NCBI GenBank assembly: GCA_003427395.1
Contig: BFEA01000046.1
Span: 719,499-783,195 of the forward strand
Direction: 5' to 3'
DNA length: 63,697 bases
DNA from: Chara braunii
Taxonomy: Eukaryota > Plantae > Charophyceae
The notes beneath the pieces are model-generated. The model was not told the DNA's origin and ran no database searches. It saw nothing but the letters and a program-made list of their open reading frames with translations. Of the stretch, positions 43,491 through 55,913 are shown piece after piece. The position numbers and the translations under genes were made by a program. Each line of letters begins with the position of its first letter. Positions within the stretch are counted from its first letter, which is position 1.

Positions 43491-45672
43491 CAGAGAGTTC
43501 CTTTGGTGTCGCCTTTGCTGTAATCCATGGGACGTGGGTGCTTACCTGGTGAGGATGTTGGGTATCCTTACACTCTCCCCGCAACTGTCCCTTCGTTGTC
43601 CTGGCATATGTGAGTGCTGAGTAACAGTATCAGTTGCAATTGGTAGGATAGGCACAATTGGAACCATGTACAAGTAGAAAGAGGCCTTCTCTCACAATTG
43701 TCGGTTAGGCTATACTCCAGGTCATTGCGTTCTGTACCGTGGGCTAGGTTATATACCGTAGGTTAGCATTTTCCACCCTAGGGTAGGGTATACACTAGGT
43801 CATTGCATTCTATACCGTATGGTAGGGTATGCCCTAGGTCATTGCACAGAATGTAATAGTATTTTGGTGCGAAGCCTAATTGCAGCTATCGCAGGGAAGG
43901 GAATGACAGGGTATTCCCTCGGTCATTTTATGGGATGTAAGATTCTTTTGCTTCAAAACTGAACATTGCAGCAAAAGAATCTATACCCCAGGATAGGGTA
44001 GTGTATACCCTACCCTAGAGTGCACAGTACCCTATCCTGGGGTGTAGATATTGATTGCCGTTTTATCGTTACGTTAAACCACCAGTACCCCGCCCAGGCA
44101 AAAAAAAAAGTCGTCATGAACTAATGAAAGACGTTGGAAGGCTTGTTGGGGGCTCGGTGGAGCCTCGGCACAGGTGTAGGTGGTATTTCGTTTTGAAAAC
44201 GAGAACGGGCGACCGGAGAGCACAAAAGCAGACTCAATTTTTGTTGAGGTCCAGTCAAATGAAAAGAGGAAAAAAGAGGAAACAGAAGTTTTGTTGAGGT
44301 CCAGTCAAATGAAATGACTCTGCACGGCGTGGATAGCGGCTCAATTTTTGAAATGACTAGCATGGCCTTGCGCTACAGTGACATGCACAAATCGATGCAT
44401 GTCAGAGCTACAGCTTGTCGTTTGTGAATGGGAGTCCATGCGTCTGAACAAAGGAGAATAAGGAAACAAAAACTAGCATCCAGCGACCTGCAAAATGGAA
44501 ATGGATCTGCCGTTAGAACGTGGATTAGTACAGAGAAGACTAGTGTGGCCCTGGGCAGGGGTGACTGAGGGCTTATCACGGCCAAATCTTTGTTTCGTCC
44601 CCTTCTCCCCCCCCCCCCCCCCCCTCCAGCTAACCATGTCGGAATAGTTGTGCACGTTCTTGGGAAAGGTCCTCACTGACGAGAAATTTCCAGGATGTAT
44701 CTGATCGCTATCACGGCCGGATTTTTGTTTCCGTTTTCCTTCTGTTTCTTTCCTCTGCTACATGTTCTCGGAAATGACCTCTCTCAGGCATAAAAGATGG
44801 AGGGGGGGACAAACAGGAAAAAAAAGAGAACGAAAGAAGAAAGGAAGGTGAAAAAAACACGTCTAAACAAAAGTAGGGTCCCTCAACACTGAAGGACCGG
44901 TCGCCCGCTGTAGCACTCCTTTTCTCCAGCTGCTCCTGGGAAAAAGAGGTTCGGAAGGTACTGGTGGTTCACGTTCATCCCGAAGTTTGTAGTTCTCTTG
45001 GTTTCTCCTTTACCATCACAGTTCCTATGCGAGGAACAGAGAAGCCTTTGTTAGCCTCCACTGATTTAGTTTCGTGTGTGACTTTTGCGCATGGAGCCAA
45101 TCAATGGGAACACATTTTTGAGCTAAGACTGAAAGCAGAGCGAGCATTATGAGCGAAGTGCAAAGCAGAATTACGAAGCCTTAGCACATGTAATGGGAAT
45201 ATACGACACTGAAGTGTCTAGATTAAACCACCAGTACTTGGCCCATACATTGGCTGCGCGGCTTTGTGGTTAATGCGCCAGTGTTCTGGGGTCGGCCAAG
45301 AGAAGGCCTGATCGCTGCTTAAAGGCCGGGCCCTGGGTTTGTTGGGATGGCACTACAGAGAAAAGAAAAAAAGGATTAAAAAGTCGAATATAAAAAAATT
45401 GAAAAATAACGAAAACGAATGGGAAAAAAAAATAAGAGTTGTACGCCCGCACGCGCGCCATTCCATTTTCGAAATAGAGAGAGTGAGAGAAGTGGCGGTG
45501 AGTTTGCCGCGGCTCTCTGTACAGCTCGCCGCCCCTCTATCTCTCTCCCTCCATGCACAAAAGACAGTTATCATGGTGGTGTATCTTTCAATGTTCTAGT
45601 GGAAGATTCGCTCTCATTTTGCACATTTTGAGAATTCACTCTCGTTTTTGCACATTTCGAGAGTGGTGGAGC

Positions 45673-45719
<47 letters not shown>

Positions 45720-45891
45720 GCGGTTTATCTTTCATGCTCTAGTGGAAGATTCAGTCTTGTTTTGCACATTTTGAGAGTGGTGCTGCGAGAGATAGAAAGA
45801 GAGAGGCACATTTTGAGAGTGGTGGTGCGAGCGCGCGCGCAAGAGAGAGAGAGAGGGGCGGCGAGTTTGCCGCGGCCCTCCCTGCAGGTTG

Positions 45892-45936
<45 letters not shown>

Positions 45937-48900
45937 AGTGAATCTTCTGCTAGAACATGGAAAGATACGCCTACATGATTAGTCTTTTGTGTGCCTTTTT
46001 TTTTTTTTTTTTTTTTTTGAGGGAATTGCACCATTCTATTCGTGGGGAGCAGCACGTGCTGGAAACCGGATCCAGTGTCCCACATGAATTATTACACAAC
46101 TATGAGGTGCCGGCGCCATTACCCGGCTTCAGCTAAGAATCTTTTTTTGATGAAGAACTAAAAAATTGAATACTCTGGACTTCGGCTAAGAATCTTTTTT
46201 CGATGAAGAACTCAAAATTGAATACTATGCTATATCAGCCATTCCAGACTCCTAAACATAGAGCAACTCCTAGCCCTCCCTATACCGGGAAATTACTACT
46301 CAAAGACAGTACTGACCAGACCAACATCATCCATAGCTGACCTCTTCTCACCACCAAGACTATCCTCGACCCCATGATAGGGTGTCAAGGCGGTCCCCCA
46401 CAATTCGCCACTGGCGTACCTTCCTCCCTCGGCAGACCCCAGATCTCTCTACAAGTCCTCACACTTCTGCCGTTGCATGTTACAGGGTAACACCCCAGCT
46501 CCAGCCAGCGTTGCTCTGGCATCGGCAAACTGAGGTCACAGAACAGAGCAACGCTGCAAATGTCAGTCCAGATATAACCATCTCTGAAATCGAATATCCT
46601 AATAAAGAAGAAGAACGGATGCTGCTCTAGCTTTCAAAACCCCGGAATGCTAAATATACCATAATTTGTCCAAGAAGCTTCCAAAAGTCACTGTGCAGAG
46701 AGACTTCCCCCTGCCCGCCACCCCTTTTCCATGCTGCCACCGCCGAGGAAAACCACCTTGGCCCCAACCTGGAACAGTCCCCCTCCTTCCCCCCCATCCG
46801 CGAAGGCATCCAGTTCCCTCCTAGAGGATACCTTTGCCCTCCCCTTGTCCATATCTGCCCCCGCCGGGTTGCAGGCGACCAACTCTCCCGCCCTGGCCCC
46901 AGAGAAGGATAGACCACAAATCTGCCCCACCCCCGACAGGGCAGCCACCTCCCACCTTGCAGCGCCCCTGTAAAGTAAGGCTCCCCAATACCAACCCCCA
47001 CCCTTCCCCCAAAAATCCGAACCGTGACCATAGAAGCCCTATCCCGACTGAAGCACACCCGTCAGATGAATCGGCCAATTAACCTGGAGAAAAATCTCAT
47101 GAGGACAATGTATAGTTGAGTAAGATTTTGTGATGGAGATCCCAGGATGGAAACACTCAAGAGAGTGAACATGAAAAAACTTCAAAAAAGAAAAATCATG
47201 ATGAAAGTGCTGGAGAAGGAAATACTAATTGCTGACGAGAACAGTACCCTAAGACAAAGGGTTATCAGGAGAGTATTGGTGAGCGAACTGACCTGCAGAT
47301 GATGTCGGTAATGACCCCCTAGTGAGAGATTGGATTAATGATGATTTTTATAAGGATGATAGTAATGATGATGATAATGATATCGATGATACTGCCATAC
47401 ATGGTGGTAATGACGGTGATGGTACTGATGATTTGTGATTGGATAGGTGACCGAGAAAAGTAACCTAAGATTGAAGATTTTAAGGATGATACTGGCGAGG
47501 AGGCTCGCCTGCAGATGATATCACTGACATCCCACTAATGAGGATTGCAGTTAAGGGAATTTTTTTATGAGGATGATGGTGATGAGAATGATAATGATGG
47601 TGATGGTGATACTACAAATGGTGATAATGACGAGCAACACTGCGATGATGACGCTAGTAATGACAAAGTCCACACATAGATGTAATGATGATTAGAATGA
47701 CGAGCAATTACCAATACTTGGATGACAAGCACAAGTACAATCTCTTGAAAATAAGGACCTGTGCTTTGATAGTGACCTAATGGTGATGGAAAACGACCAA
47801 TCACACCCTTTCCTCAAGTGATGATACCAAATAATATCCTAATGATGACGACTAACGTCATGATGATGCTAGCAAACCTTGATGATGATGATGACGAGCA
47901 TCAACTTGATAATGAACAGCGCCCCTGATAGCGTCGTTTTGATGGCGATAACTGTACCTTGATTGTACTTGATGACAAGTCCAAGCTGTGCCCCTGAAGA
48001 CAGACAACACCCTAATGTCGAACAGTACCCCTGATAGGAAGCAGTGGGGTGATGTCGAATCGCGACCTGGTAGTGATGGTGATGGCAAGGAAGATGGCGA
48101 GCCTGAAATCACTCACACTTAACTCCACTGTGTTCCACAGACATCGACATAGCCAATGCCTCTCAGGCCAAATGCCACGTGTAGCAACGCAGTGGCAATG
48201 GAGTGAAACATGGAACTCCCATAAACTGAACGCCACCGGGAGTCAGACCATCTGCCACATCAGTTTGTGACATGGTGTGGTCAAGCGCCAGCGGTCTCCT
48301 ATGCGTGCGCTAGGCTCCAGGGCTTCAAAAAGAAAGGCCACCATCGCCGCCGCGCGCCGCCTCCATGAGTACGTAGGCCCGGGCGGGGCGCAGCGCTCCC
48401 GGTAGCGCTGCGCCCTGCCAGTCCAGTGAGCCTCCTGATTGCAGATTTCTTCTTCTCGTTACTCTCAATTTTCTTCCCCCCCCCCCCCCCAACTCTTCCT
48501 CTCCTCCGTGTATTCCTTTTGCCTCTTTGTCTTTTGTGTATGACTTGACCTTGTCTTTTGTGTATGTCAAGGTAGGAACCGTGTTTTATCTTTTTTCCAT
48601 TTTTTTTAACGAGTAGATTTAATCCCGTTTATTTGTCGTTTTTTTTTTTTTTTTTTAATTATTATTATTATTATTATTTTTATTTTATTTTTTTGAATGA
48701 AAACAACAATATTTCACGGCTTAGGAATGTCGCCAAGATTGCAACATCATGGTACCAAAAATTATAAACAAGTGTGGTAATATTACTAATATACTACCAT
48801 AATCAGGGTAACCAGCGTTCGGGACGGGCCGAACGCCTGAACTTATTGGACCCCTTAGGGATGCATTCGGCCGTTTGGGCCGAACGTGGACCCAACCAAA

Positions 48901-49249
48901 TTAAAAAAAAAAAATCAAATAAATCAAATAAATCTGAAAAAAAGATATGTTATGAAGAAAAATTAATTAAACAAGATTTGCCTGAGCATTACATCCAAAT
49001 TCCTTACCAAATTTGAAATAACAATAAAATAAGGAGAAAAAATACTAATAATAAGAATAACAAAAAAAAAAAAGAGAATTAAATTTAGTGAGTGCACGAG
49101 CAAGTTTTCGACACCGTCGTCTTTGGCGATTTTTCATGTTTTTTTGGCATAGCCAAATGCCCTGAAAATTTACAGATGTGTACTTCACATAATACAAAAC
49201 CCACTAAAAAAGTTTCAAAGAATAAGAAAATTGTTTAGATCCCGAACAA

Positions 49250-49316
49250 CGGCCTAGCTCAGTTGGTTAGGCATGAAAGTGGCATTTGGAGGTTGTGGGT
49301 TCAAGCCCCATGACCG
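49250..49316 (+). other. tRNA-like segment with Pol III A and B boxes (SINE head or tRNA pseudogene)
   Basis: TAGCTCAGTTGG ... GGTTCAAGCCC; anticodon arm degenerate. Confidence 0.55.
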
Positions 49317-49919
49317 CCTGTGGCGCACTCAGCGCGAACGAACTGGGATAGTCCTCTGGATACTCCTGATCGGTATTAGTGGAATCTATGACCAACATCG
49401 GTGTGAGTGCGAGCGCGAGTGGGTTGTGTGTGGTGTGTGGGAGAGTGTTGGCCATAGCCACTGCTGCTACTCGATGAGGGGTGGGGGACGATGAGAAAGG
49501 GAGGCGCAGCTACTGGGAGGTCTCGGTCTTTGTGTTAGCCAGACCCCCACCGGCGGCCCCCTAAACATTAGGGGCAAGGGGCAACATGAAATCTCCCCTT
49601 CAATGTCCAAGAGGAAACTATGCTTGCAGGGGTTCCCTCTAGATAGCGTTAGGAGTAGGTAGTGAAAGGCAAAAACAGAAGTTGAGAGAAGAATATAGAA
49701 GAAAAAAAAAGAAATAAAGTGAAAACAAAAAGTAAAAAGTGAAAAAAGGCGAGCATGTTTTGACACCGCCACCTTTGGTGATTTTGATTCTTATGTGGCT
49801 GAGCCAAATGACGTCAAAATTTATAGGCATGTAACTCACAAAAAAAAAAAAAATCAGAAAAAGAAATATATTTTTAGTCCCCGAAATATTTTATTATTAT
49901 TATTATTATTTTTTATTAG

Positions 49920-49968
49920 AAATTCGGACCATTTCTCCATTTATGCATGTCATCCTTGTGCAGGGGCC

Positions 49969-50000
<32 letters not shown>

Positions 50001-50018
50001 ACGGATGTCCCGAAGGAC
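49920..50018 (-). ncRNA. U6: U6 snRNA full-length copy, probably a retroposed pseudogene
   Basis: GTCCTTCGGGACATCCGTTAAAATTGGAACGATACAGAGAAGATTAGCATGGCCCCTGCACAAGGATGACATGC...; A/AAT-rich tail; no recognisable upstream promoter. Confidence 0.93.
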
Positions 50019-50280
50019 CTGAAATAATTTTTGGCGGGGGATGAACGCCTTCAGGTTCGGACCTCGAACGGGAACCCGAACGCCTGTACGTGCAGAGGTC
50101 GGCCGGGGACCTCCGTACGTACAGGCTGGTGACCCTGACCATAATAGTGTAACACACCGATTTTAGGGAAAGTCAAATATGTAATATCGCTAATGCTCGG
50201 TAGTTATAGCTCTACGTGGAATGCAAATACTTGACAATTCTTTTTGCATTTGTGTTTTCTTTGTTTCTGTCGTCTTTTTG

Positions 50281-53200
50281 TACCGAGCGATGTATTCTTG
50301 AAGAAAATTGCTTACCTCGTCCGCCGTCTTTTTCTTAATGGCCTTAGCCTCTACGAATCCAGTGAGGTCATCGGGGGCGTTGATTATATACCTAAGCCCG
50401 CCTATCCCTTTCGACATAGTCACTAAGTCCACATGGACCTTCTCACCCAGAACGGTGGGAAGCGACTAGAGGCTCCTTGTATCGAACCGTCGCCCTTTTT
50501 TGGCAAGCCTCACACGTCGAGCAGTACTTCTCGACTTCCGTGTACTGCCCGTCCCACCAATAGAGCCTACGGACTTTGTCGAAGGTACCCTTTACCCCCC
50601 TATGGCCCCCGACGACCCCGTCGTGTAACTCTTTTATGACTGCCTTCCTCTCCTCCGGATCGCACAGTACCCTCACAGGAATCGCAAACTTGGTGGGTCT
50701 CTTAAAGAGATGGCCCCCTCGTAAGCAATTACCCAATGCTTTTTGCCGGATTCTCTCGGTCCCTGCTTCCCTACTGGCTAAATACAGTCCTATATTCCGG
50801 TACTTCCTGTCGTAAAGATTGGCGAGAAAGGTCCTCGGGGCCCCCTCCTCTTCCCGGCTGCTCCCTGCCAGTTGCGCCATATTAGCGGCGACCTTCATTA
50901 CCCCTTCTTTGGCCATCGTTGCTGCCTCCTCCTTAAGCCTCCGTAGGTCTTCCTCACAAATCGGAGCCGGGACAAACCGTCCGCCACCTGTTTTTTTGCC
51001 CCCGATACCCTTTCGACCCTATAATCGTATAGCCTAATATGTATCATCCATCGGGCGATGGTCGAGTCGGTCAGCGAGAAATCCTTTTGCAGGACCGCGG
51101 CCACTGCTGTTGGGTCCACCCTCATGAGAAATTGTCGCGCGTATATGTAATGGCGGAAGGCCTTTAGGCAATGCAGTACTCCCAACACTTCCTTTTTGAA
51201 CTGGCTATAATTCCGCTCGGCGGGGTTCAAGGTCCTACTCTCGAACTGCAACGGTCTCTCCTTCCCCTCTCCATCCTTTTGAGATAAGAGGCCCCCTACC
51301 GAGTAAGGCCCTGCGTTCATAAAAACTATGAACGGACGATGCTCTTCGTCCTCGAAGAACGGAACTCCTAGGATGTGCCCACCTTCGCGAAATTCCTCCT
51401 TTAGTGCTTCCATGGCCGCGGCCTGCTCCTCCCCCCAAATCCATCCTTCCGATTTCCTAAGCAGTCGTCTAAGGGGTTCTGCTTTCTCACCGTAGGCCTT
51501 TATAAAGATTCTCTAGTAGCCCACTACCCCTAGAAACTGCCTAACTTCTGTTATGGTCAGGTCATCAATTTCTCTAATTTCCTGGGATCGGGCCTCCGCC
51601 CATCCTTATCGCAGATGAAACCCAATATCTTGATGGACGACACGCCCCAACGACTCTTAGTTCCGCTCACCGTGAGATCAGCATCGTCCAACTTCACAAG
51701 GACATCCTTGACATCGCTCATGTGAACCGCTACAAACTTTCTCACCCCGGGAAAGACCTCCGTCTCATGTCGTTCAACCGGTCCTTTTATTGGGAAGTCA
51801 TCAAGAAGGACTTTCACTTTGTCAGGTATGAACTCCTTAAGGACCGCAATCATGGCCCCTTGGAACACCGCCGCGCCGTTTGTCCACCCCATCGGTACCA
51901 CCATCATTTGGACCAACGCTAGAGGCGTATGCATAGCGGTCATGTGCCTGCCTCGGTAGTCCAAGGGGATCTCATCATAGCCGGAGAAGAGATCGCAGAT
52001 TGAGTATATCGAGCGACCCGCCGATCCTTCCGCAAGTAAGTCTGCTTCAGGTATGGACCCCACGTCCCTTACAGTGACCGCGTTTGTGCTTTGGATGTTC
52101 TGAATCCACCTTAGTTTGTTGCTACCCCCCTTCCTCAGAAAGAACCATTTGTTGGAGTAGGCGCTTTCGCAAAGTTCCGCGACGAAAGTCCTGATTTTTT
52201 CCTTGATAAAGGTCACTATCTCCTCCTTCTCCTTTTGAGCATATTTCCACTGGGGTCTATCCTTCCAAGGCACGTGTGGAATCGTGTGGATTCGGGCCGG
52301 CTTAGCGTACCTTTGGTCGATTCTCCCTCTCTCCGAGTCATCGAAGGCCTTATCGCAGCCCCTTAGGGTCATAGCCACGTACTCCTTTTTTTCCTCCGTG
52401 AGATTCCCATCCCCTATATCCATCTTGGCCAACCTATCGGCCGTAATTCTTTGCCCCTCGGTCTCCTTCCTTTTTCGGATGATATCGGCGATCTCCTCCT
52501 CCGATATCGAAGTTTCCCCCGTTCTATCCCGGCTGACCGCGGCGGGTTTTAGTTTTTCCGCCACGGTTTTGTGCTTCTTGATTCCACCGGCTAGGGGGAT
52601 TCCTCCAAAAAAGACAGTCTCACACATCCACCGAACTCCTCCTCCTCGTCCTCCTTCTCATACCCTATCCCGTTGATCACAACTTTGCTCCCGATATCCT
52701 CGACCTCTAACTGGTCCCCCGGGGGTTCCTTATCCGTGTTCCTCTCATCTTGCGCGTCCACGGTCTTTAGGACCACCCAGATTCCGTCCGGACTTTGGAT
52801 TGAGAGGGTCTGACTCCCATCAGGCAAGTCAACAGTGGTAGCGTGAACCGCACTCAGCCAAGTCCTACCGAGGATCAACTCGGAGGAACACTCTTTCACC
52901 GAAATTATTGGGACTGAGCTTTCGATGCTTGCGACCTCTATCAAGGGGCTGTGACACACCCCTCAACTGGTTGAAGTTTGTTATCTGCCACGACCATCGA
53001 CATCGATATTTCCCTATCAATTTCCAAGCCCAGTTCCCGAGCGATGGAGTCCCTACATACCGTGGACTCGGACCCATTATCTACTAGAGCCCTCATCTTC
53101 TTCCCACTTACCACCGCTTGGAGTTGGCCGCTCCCTAATACATAGAACTTCTTGACTTCCTCCCCCGTGAAGAAATTAGCCGACAGTTCCTCCATGGTAA

Positions 53201-54900
53201 TTCGGGAGGACTGCACTCCTTCCTTGGGTGGACCATCTCGTGGTACCGTGGGTCCTCCGGCGAGCGGGATTCTTACTTTCCTTGTGATGCTTAAGAGTTA
53301 TTCCCTAGCGCTTTTGCTGGCCGCTAGGTATTCCAAAAGCGTGCACTGCGTAGGTTGAATCAAGGTTCTCCTAAGGGGGGCTACTGTGTCTACCTCATCC
53401 AAGGTACATTTCATTTCGAACTTTTTAGGCCCCCTCTTCTTAGGCGATTTGGGCGAAGTGGGCTCCTCCTTTTTTTCTTTTGCAACTTTGGCATTGGCCA
53501 TTAGTTGGTCGTTGTCGCCGCTCCTTCCTCCCGCATCTTCCGTCATGCTCTCTTGGCTTTTAGACGTCTCGGCCCCAACCTGTGTTCTCACCCTTAGGCA
53601 AGGCCTCTCTTCTTTAGGCTGGGTCTCAATGAACTTGATGAGGGACACCTGGGGTTCCCTAATGGATAGCCCCCCAGTTGACTCCGTCATTTGGATATGG
53701 GACGTGTTGGAGGTGCCCCCAATTTCAGGTTTCTTCCCCAGCCTCGCCTCCTGGAGGGCTATTCTCTTGTCCACATTCACCTTCATTGAGGGGTAGAAGG
53801 AGACCGCCTCTCCCCCATCCCCCCACACAACCCACTTGTTTTCATTTAGTTTTACCACCCCCAACCTTAAGGCCTCCGTGAGGTGAGGATAGTCCCTTTT
53901 GATGTGACTTTCCTCATTGCAGTAAACACACCCGCTTCGAGCTTGCGGGTTGTTGGGGCGCGGACCCCCTTGCGTCACTGCGGCAACAGGCACAGGAGGA
54001 GCCGGCGGCGGCGGCGCAGGCGGCGGAGCCCTGACCTCAGGTCGCGCTCTAGTGACTCTTACCTGAGGCGTGTCTCCCCACCTGCCATCCCTAGCGTCCT
54101 TCCAATGAGAATTCCCCCAATCAGGGCCTCGGTTTCCTCCTATCTCTCGGTCATTTCTCGAGCCTCCTTGGTTTTCTGGCTCGCTTCTCCATCCTGCTTG
54201 CCGTTCTCCCCATCGTGGACCAGGTGGACCAGGTGGACCAGGGGGTGGCCTGTCATTCCCCCTTGGGGCATCATTTCGTGTGTTGCGCATACTATGGAGC
54301 GCCATGTCCAGAGTTTCTTTCATGTATTCTCTCACGTCCACTCCTCCCCCGGTGCAGACCGCCTCCGTGACCTTTTCGAAATTGGTCGAGTCCCTTGGGG
54401 CCTTTTCAAGAACCTCCTTCCTCTTCTGCTCTGGTAGATGTAGCATAAACATTACGCACCTATCCACCTCCGACAACATCCCTCTATCTACTAGGGCTTG
54501 GGACAAGCGCTTGAACCGGCGGGTGAAGGCCACCAAGGTCTCCCGTTCCCCCCTCGCAACACGCCGCAAATCCTCCACCGTGGGGATCAAATCATCACAC
54601 GCGAAAGTCCGCAGTAGACTACTTTTGAACGTCCTCCACCGCCCATCCGTGTGGTAGATAGCCCTTATCGCAGGGTCCAATTCTGGGTCCGAGTGCTGGA
54701 TGAAGTGATCTATCGGATTCTATCCATTCTTTTTCGGAGAATCTCTTTCGGTAAGCATAACTTTCCCATTTCTCGACGAACCCCGTCACATTACGCCCGT
54801 CGAAGAAAAGTGCCTCTAGGCCTAGGTTGACGTCATAATAGGGGATTCGTCGGTCGTCGTATCGGCGGAAATAGGGCCCCTCCATAGCCCCGTCAATCAC
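50281..54900 (-). pseudogene. G2 gag-pol, frameshifted
   Basis: Gag 53298-54900 with CVYCNEESHIKRDY; PR RALVDNGSE; RT DLFSGY...PMGWTN...LLDD; RH ERPLQFESRTL; INT HDGVVGGH...CSTCEAC; INT core stops at EYIARY. Confidence 0.94.
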
Positions 54901-55159
54901 CGGGTCGTACGGCTTGTACCAAGAGGGATCCGACTCCTCAATCCGGGGTCAGGGTCTCGGCGGCCCCCAAGACTCTTCCCCGTACCGCCCTCTCTCATTT
55001 GGCCATTCCGTCTCCCAACATGCGGGTTCCAGACCCCTAAATGCTCTCCAGGCGTCCACCCCCGGACTTCTCCCCATTGCCTCTCCGGGAGCCTATGCGG
55101 CATCCGACTCCCTCTCGGCCCATCTCCTTGGTCTGCCGCTAGCTCCCGCCGACCTCTCA

Positions 55160-55700
55160 TCTCTTAGGTCCCTTCTATTCAGACCCCCTTCTTCTTCTCT
55201 CCTAGGCGGTCGTACCCTCGCCTATCTCTCGAAAACTCTAGTGCCTCCCCCATCCTTGCGTCCACTAGATCTGCCCATCGAGTTTCTACCGGAAGGCCCC
55301 TCGAGGCTTCAGCCACCCCCTCTCTCACCGGCACTTGCAGCTCTACCTCCCTATGCACTCGCACCTTCGTGCCAGCTCTTTGTTCCACCAAAGCTTGTCT
55401 CTCACCGGAGGCAGTTTCGGGCGCCCTTTCGGCCCACCTTCATGGTCGACTACCAGCTTCCGCCGCCCTCTCAGCTCTCAGGTCCCTTTTATCCTGGTCC
55501 CCTTCTTCTTCTCCCCTGGGCGGCCGATACCCTGACCTCTCTCTCGGGAATTCTGAAGCTTCTCCTACCCTCGCTTCGGCGTCCACTAGATCCGCCCACC
55601 GGGATTCTACTGGAAGGCCCCTTGAGGCTTCGGCCGCCCCCTCTCTCACTGGCACCCGTGGCTCTACCTCCGTATGCACTTGTACTTCCGAGCTAGCTCT
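55160..55700. repeat. Diverged tandem duplication just upstream of G2 gag
   Basis: EVELQVPVREGVAEASRGLPVETRWADLVDA vs EVEPRVPVREGAAEASRGLPVESRWADLVDA. Confidence 0.8.
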
Positions 55701-55913
55701 TTGACCCTCCAAGATTTGCCTTTCCCCTGAAGCCGTCTCTGGGCTCCTCTCGGCCTTGCCTATCGACTCGGTACCCTCGGTCATTTCTTCCGTCACCCTA
55801 CTTAGCCTAGCTCCTAACTCGGGGCTCTTCTCAACGCCCTATCTTAGTGCCGTTTCCGGTGGACGAGAGAGTCCTGCCTCCACCTCACTCTCCATGCACC
55901 CTATCGTTATCCT

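Larger units (their letters stand above)
48804..50137. mobile_element. Non-autonomous hAT-type element (1334 bp)
   Basis: TIR CAGGGTAACCAGC / GCTGGTGACCCTG (12/13); exact 8-bp TSD ACCATAAT at 48796-48803 and 50138-50145; subterminal CCGAAC/GTTCGG motifs. Confidence 0.88.

Noticed and set aside
46250-48100. Pro-rich then Asp-rich protein gene
   Set aside because: Low-complexity GAT-rich sequence with many stops and no recognisable domain.
49920-50300. G2 targeted upstream of a functional U6 gene (Ty3-like Pol III targeting)
   Set aside because: G2 is broken inside integrase here rather than ending at an LTR, and U6 lies in a separate MITE and looks processed.
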